Shown here: in pieces, positions 45,358-48,572 of the stretch
How the letters are laid out: each line of letters begins with the position of its first letter
How positions within the stretch are numbered: position 1 is the first letter of the stretch
NCBI GenBank assembly: GCA_033764015.1
Contig: JANRJK010000022.1
Coordinates: 1-48,572 of the forward strand
Length of the DNA: 48,572 nucleotides
Origin: Candidatus Sumerlaeia bacterium
GTDB taxonomy: Bacteria; Sumerlaeota; Sumerlaeia; SLMS01; JANRJK01
Direction of reading: 5' to 3'
Made by a program: the position numbers and the translations under genes
The notes under the pieces: generated by a model
The model's input: only the letters and a program-made list of their open reading frames with translations
Databases searched by the model: none
What the model was told of the DNA's origin: nothing

Positions 45358-48300
45358 ATGCACCAGATCCCCGAATTCTGCGTCCGGCGCCCCGTCACCA
45401 CCATGATGGCCTTCCTCATGGTGGTGCTGCTCGGCGTGGTGTCCTACTTCAAGCTGCCGATGCAGCTCCTGCCGGACGTGTCCCTGCCGACCGTCGGCGT
45501 CTTCGCCCAGCGCAGCAGCTCCGCGGAGGACAACCTCGACACGCTCACGCGCCCGCTCGAGTCGCTCGTCGCCGAGATGCCCAACGTGCGGCGGATCCGC
45601 TCCTGGACGCGGCAGGACCGGATCTGGATCCAGGTCGAGTTCAACTTCGGCACCGACCTGAAGTTCGCGACCATCGACCTCGAGGACCGGCTCAACACGT
45701 TCCGCGAGGACCTCGACGACCGGCGCGTGTTCATCAACGCGTTCCCCTTCAGCACAGCGGAGTTCATCGCCTCCTACATGTTCCTCTCGGTGCGCGGGCC
45801 CGGCGACGTCGAGTCGCTCTTCGACATCGCGCAGGACAAGATCGAGCAGCAGCTCAAGGCGATCAACGGGGTCGCGGAGGTGGAGATACAGGGGACCTTC
45901 GCGGACAGCGCCGAGGTGCGCCTGGACACGGAGCGCCTGATCGCCTACGGGCTCGACTTCGGCCAGGTGATCCAGCGCATCAACAGTTCGGCGAACGAGG
46001 ACACGTACCTCGGCAGCCTCGACGTGCCGGGCGAGACGCATTTCGTGCGCCTCGACGACCGGGTGAAGAACATCAAGGAGCTGCGGGACATCGTGGTGGA
46101 CAACCGCGGGCTGGTGAAGCTTGCGGACATCGCGGAGGTCGAGCTCGGCGAGGCGGTGGACTCGTTCGTGTTCCGCGCCGACGGCAAGAACGCCATCGGC
46201 ATCGAACTGCAGAAGGAAGACACCGCGAACATGATCGAGCTGGCGCGCAAGACGCGCACGGCGATCACCGAGATCAACGCGACGCTCCCCCCCGGGGTCG
46301 AGATCGTCGTGGACGAGGACCTGGCGAAGTACGTGGAGGACGCCATCTCGCAGGTGAAGCGGCTCGCGCTGGAGGGCGCGCTGCTGTCGCTGCTGGTCCC
46401 GCTGTTCTTCTTCCGGAGCCTGCGGCTGTCGATGATCGTGATGCTCGCGGTGCCGATCTGCCTAGTCGCGGTGTTCAACCTGTTCCTCTGGGCGGACATG
46501 TCGATCAACATCTTCAGTATCATCGGCCTGGCGATCGGCGTGGGCATGGTGGTGGACAACTCGATCGTGGTCTGCGAGAACAGCTTCCGCCTGCATTCGC
46601 AGATGAAGGCGCCGCCCGCGGAGGCGGCCGCGCACGGCGCGGGGCAGGTTTCGAAGGCGCTACTCGCCTCCACGGCGACCTCGGGGATCGTATTCCTGCC
46701 GCTGGCGTTCCTGGACAGCGAGTTCCGCTACTTCGCGCGCGAGCCGGTGCTGGCGCTGGTGTTCCCGCTGCTGATCTCGTACGCGGTGGCGGTGACGCTC
46801 TGCCCCGTCCTGGTGTTCATGCTTCTCAAGGCGGGCGGCGTGCGTTCCCTCGACGAGGGCGGCGCGCGGATCGTCGAGCTGTACCGCCTGCCGCTGAAGT
46901 GGGGCATCCGGCACCGCGGCTCGCTGATCCTGCTGATCGCCGGAGTGATCGCGTTCACGCTCTTCGAGTCCTTCGTGACGCTACGGCAGGAGACCACCTC
47001 GCGCGACTCCAACGGGGACTTCGTACGCGTGTTCGTCCGGGTTCCGCAGGGCTCGACGCTTTCCGACGTGAACCGCACGATGGTGTACGTCGAGGAGAAG
47101 CTGGCCGGGATGCAGGACGTGAAGCGCTTCTCGGTCGCGTTCAACTCCTCCGACGGGCGCGTGAACATCATCCTCAAGGAGGTCGGCGAGCGCCCCAGCG
47201 GCCGCAGCACCGACGAGTTCCGGTCCCGCATCGTCGAGGAGCTGGGCACGCCGCCCTACGGCGCGTTCAGCCTGAACCGGCAGGACGTGCCGATCGCCAG
47301 CTCGCAGCTCACGCTCGGCGACCGCGGCAGCATCGAGATCAAGGGTCTGGACCGCAGGGCCATCGACCCCTATCTGGAGCGGCTGGTCGACGCGCTGCTG
47401 ACGCTGCCGGAGATCACCGGCGCCCGCGAGCAGGAGGAGGACTCGGACCCGGTCTACCAGGTGCGCATCGACCGCGAGCGCTCGCGGCTCCTCGGGATCA
47501 CCTCGCAGACGCTCGCACAGTACGTCGGCGCCACGCGCTCCAGCGGCACGCTGTCGCAGCTCCAGCTCAAGGACGGCGACAAGCGCACGAACGTCGCGAT
47601 CGTCATCGAGGAAGTCGAGGGCGACACGGTCGAGAACACCAAGGACATGCAGATGTTCTCGCAGGTCGCGGGCTTCTCGCGCCTCGGGGACGTGACGACG
47701 TTCCGGCCGTCGCAGGTGGACACGCGCATTCTCCGCATCAACCGGCAGAGCGCGGTGGACCTCGAGTACTTCGTGCGCCCCGGGGTGGACCGCCCGGCGC
47801 TGGACGAGAAGGTGAAGCAGCTGGTGCGTTCGCTCCCGAACCCGGGCGGCATCGTGGCGGAGGTCGCCGGCGACGCGGCGAAGATCGACGAGCGCATGGC
47901 GAACCTCGGCTTCCTCGTCGTCGCCGGCACGCTGCTCGTCTACATCTGCATGGCGGCGGTCTTCGAGAGCTTCTGGGTGCCGCTGGTGATCGTGCTGATG
48001 ATCACGCTGGTGCCGCTAGGGATGAAGTGGGGCCTCGCCGTCTTCGACCTGCCGTTCGAGGATATGGCGGTGCTCGGGTTCCTGCTGCTGATCGGCTTGG
48101 TGGTGAACAGCGGCATTGTGATGATGGACCGCACGCTCGAGCTCCAGCGGCTCGGCTACTCGCGCATGCGGGCGGTGTTCACTGCGAGCAGTTCGCGCCT
48201 GCGGCCGGTGCTGATGACTTACCTCACAACGATCCTCGGGCTGCTGCCGATGGCTCTGAAGGGGACGGACGAGAGCCAATGGCGCCCGGTGGCTGTGGTG

Positions 48301-48572
48301 ATCATCGGCGGTTCCACCAGCTCGACGCTGGTGACGCTGCTGGCGTTGCCGGCGTTCTACCTGATCGGCGACGACTTTGTCCGGTGGACGCGTCCTGCGT
48401 TCCTGCGCGGGTTGGCGGCGGGTTTCCTCGGCGCGGAGTTCGTCGTGAACACCGCGACGAACGGAGTCGCCGCGCTGGTGGCTTTCTGGCGCTGGCGCCC
48501 GCTCTCGTGGCCGCGGCGCGTGTGGGGCGCGCTCCGCGCGGCGCCCGGGTTCGCGGCGCGCGGCGCCCGGGC
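45358..48572 (+). CDS. RND (AcrB/MdtB-like) efflux permease, truncated by the window end
   Basis: Absent from the ORF track because it has no stop in the window. Frame 1 from ATG 45358 gives VRRPVTT, LPMQLLPDV, TM4 GMVVDNSIVVCEN, TM10 GLVVNSGIV and TM11 RLRPVLMT, and stays open to the end. Confidence 0.92.
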   Translation, partial: MHQIPEFCVRRPVTTMMAFLMVVLLGVVSYFKLPMQLLPDVSLPTVGVFAQRSSSAEDNLDTLTRPLESLVAEMPNVRRIRSWTRQDRIWIQVEFNFGTDLKFATIDLEDRLNTFREDLDDRRVFINAFPFSTAEFIASYMFLSVRGPGDVESLFDIAQDKIEQQLKAINGVAEVEIQGTFADSAEVRLDTERLIAYGLDFGQVIQRINSSANEDTYLGSLDVPGETHFVRLDDRVKNIKELRDIVVDNRGLVKLADIAEVELGEAVDSFVFRADGKNAIGIELQKEDTANMIELARKTRTAITEINATLPPGVEIVVDEDLAKYVEDAISQVKRLALEGALLSLLVPLFFFRSLRLSMIVMLAVPICLVAVFNLFLWADMSINIFSIIGLAIGVGMVVDNSIVVCENSFRLHSQMKAPPAEAAAHGAGQVSKALLASTATSGIVFLPLAFLDSEFRYFAREPVLALVFPLLISYAVAVTLCPVLVFMLLKAGGVRSLDEGGARIVELYRLPLKWGIRHRGSLILLIAGVIAFTLFESFVTLRQETTSRDSNGDFVRVFVRVPQGSTLSDVNRTMVYVEEKLAGMQDVKRFSVAFNSSDGRVNIILKEVGERPSGRSTDEFRSRIVEELGTPPYGAFSLNRQDVPIASSQLTLGDRGSIEIKGLDRRAIDPYLERLVDALLTLPEITGAREQEEDSDPVYQVRIDRERSRLLGITSQTLAQYVGATRSSGTLSQLQLKDGDKRTNVAIVIEEVEGDTVENTKDMQMFSQVAGFSRLGDVTTFRPSQVDTRILRINRQSAVDLEYFVRPGVDRPALDEKVKQLVRSLPNPGGIVAEVAGDAAKIDERMANLGFLVVAGTLLVYICMAAVFESFWVPLVIVLMITLVPLGMKWGLAVFDLPFEDMAVLGFLLLIGLVVNSGIVMMDRTLELQRLGYSRMRAVFTASSSRLRPVLMTYLTTILGLLPMALKGTDESQWRPVAVVIIGGSTSSTLVTLLALPAFYLIGDDFVRWTRPAFLRGLAAGFLGAEFVVNTATNGVAALVAFWRWRPLSWPRRVWGALRAAPGFAARGAR

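Overview
High-GC bacterial chromosomal window, probably from Candidatus Sumerlaeota/BRC1 or a related lineage. That assignment is an inference from the style of the orphan pseudopilin and the PilMN/secretin locus. The backbone is housekeeping and envelope genes: glycosyltransferases, a PilM-PilN fusion with a giant TPR-secretin, a CocE hydrolase, mcsA-mcsB, a GMC oxidoreductase, a nitronate monooxygenase-like enzyme, the operon pyrR-pyrB-pyrC-pyrK-pyrD-pyrF-pyrE-purB-purA, an ABC-2 exporter, an epimerase, lemA, groES-groEL, thiS-thiG and a partial RND pump. No tRNA, rRNA, CRISPR array, integrase or transposase was seen. Main observations: (1) a ~1.1 kb AbiF/AbiD HEPN cassette with its own promoter and a structured leader RNA (type III toxin-antitoxin layout), bracketed by perfect 31-bp direct repeats that duplicate the -35 box and spacer of a host promoter; (2) two unrelated secreted proteins sharing an appended C-terminal G-W-hydrophobic-hydrophobic-X tail, a candidate sorting signal, one of them encoded directly behind the secretin; (3) a mosaic secreted-protein gene with a low-GC core between host-like ends; (4) an AAA_21 + DUF4276-like defence pair whose ATGA start/stop overlap appears broken by one base; (5) repeated TTGCNN-N17-CANNNT promoters and sigma54 sites. 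All family assignments come from motif recognition by eye, with no database searches.
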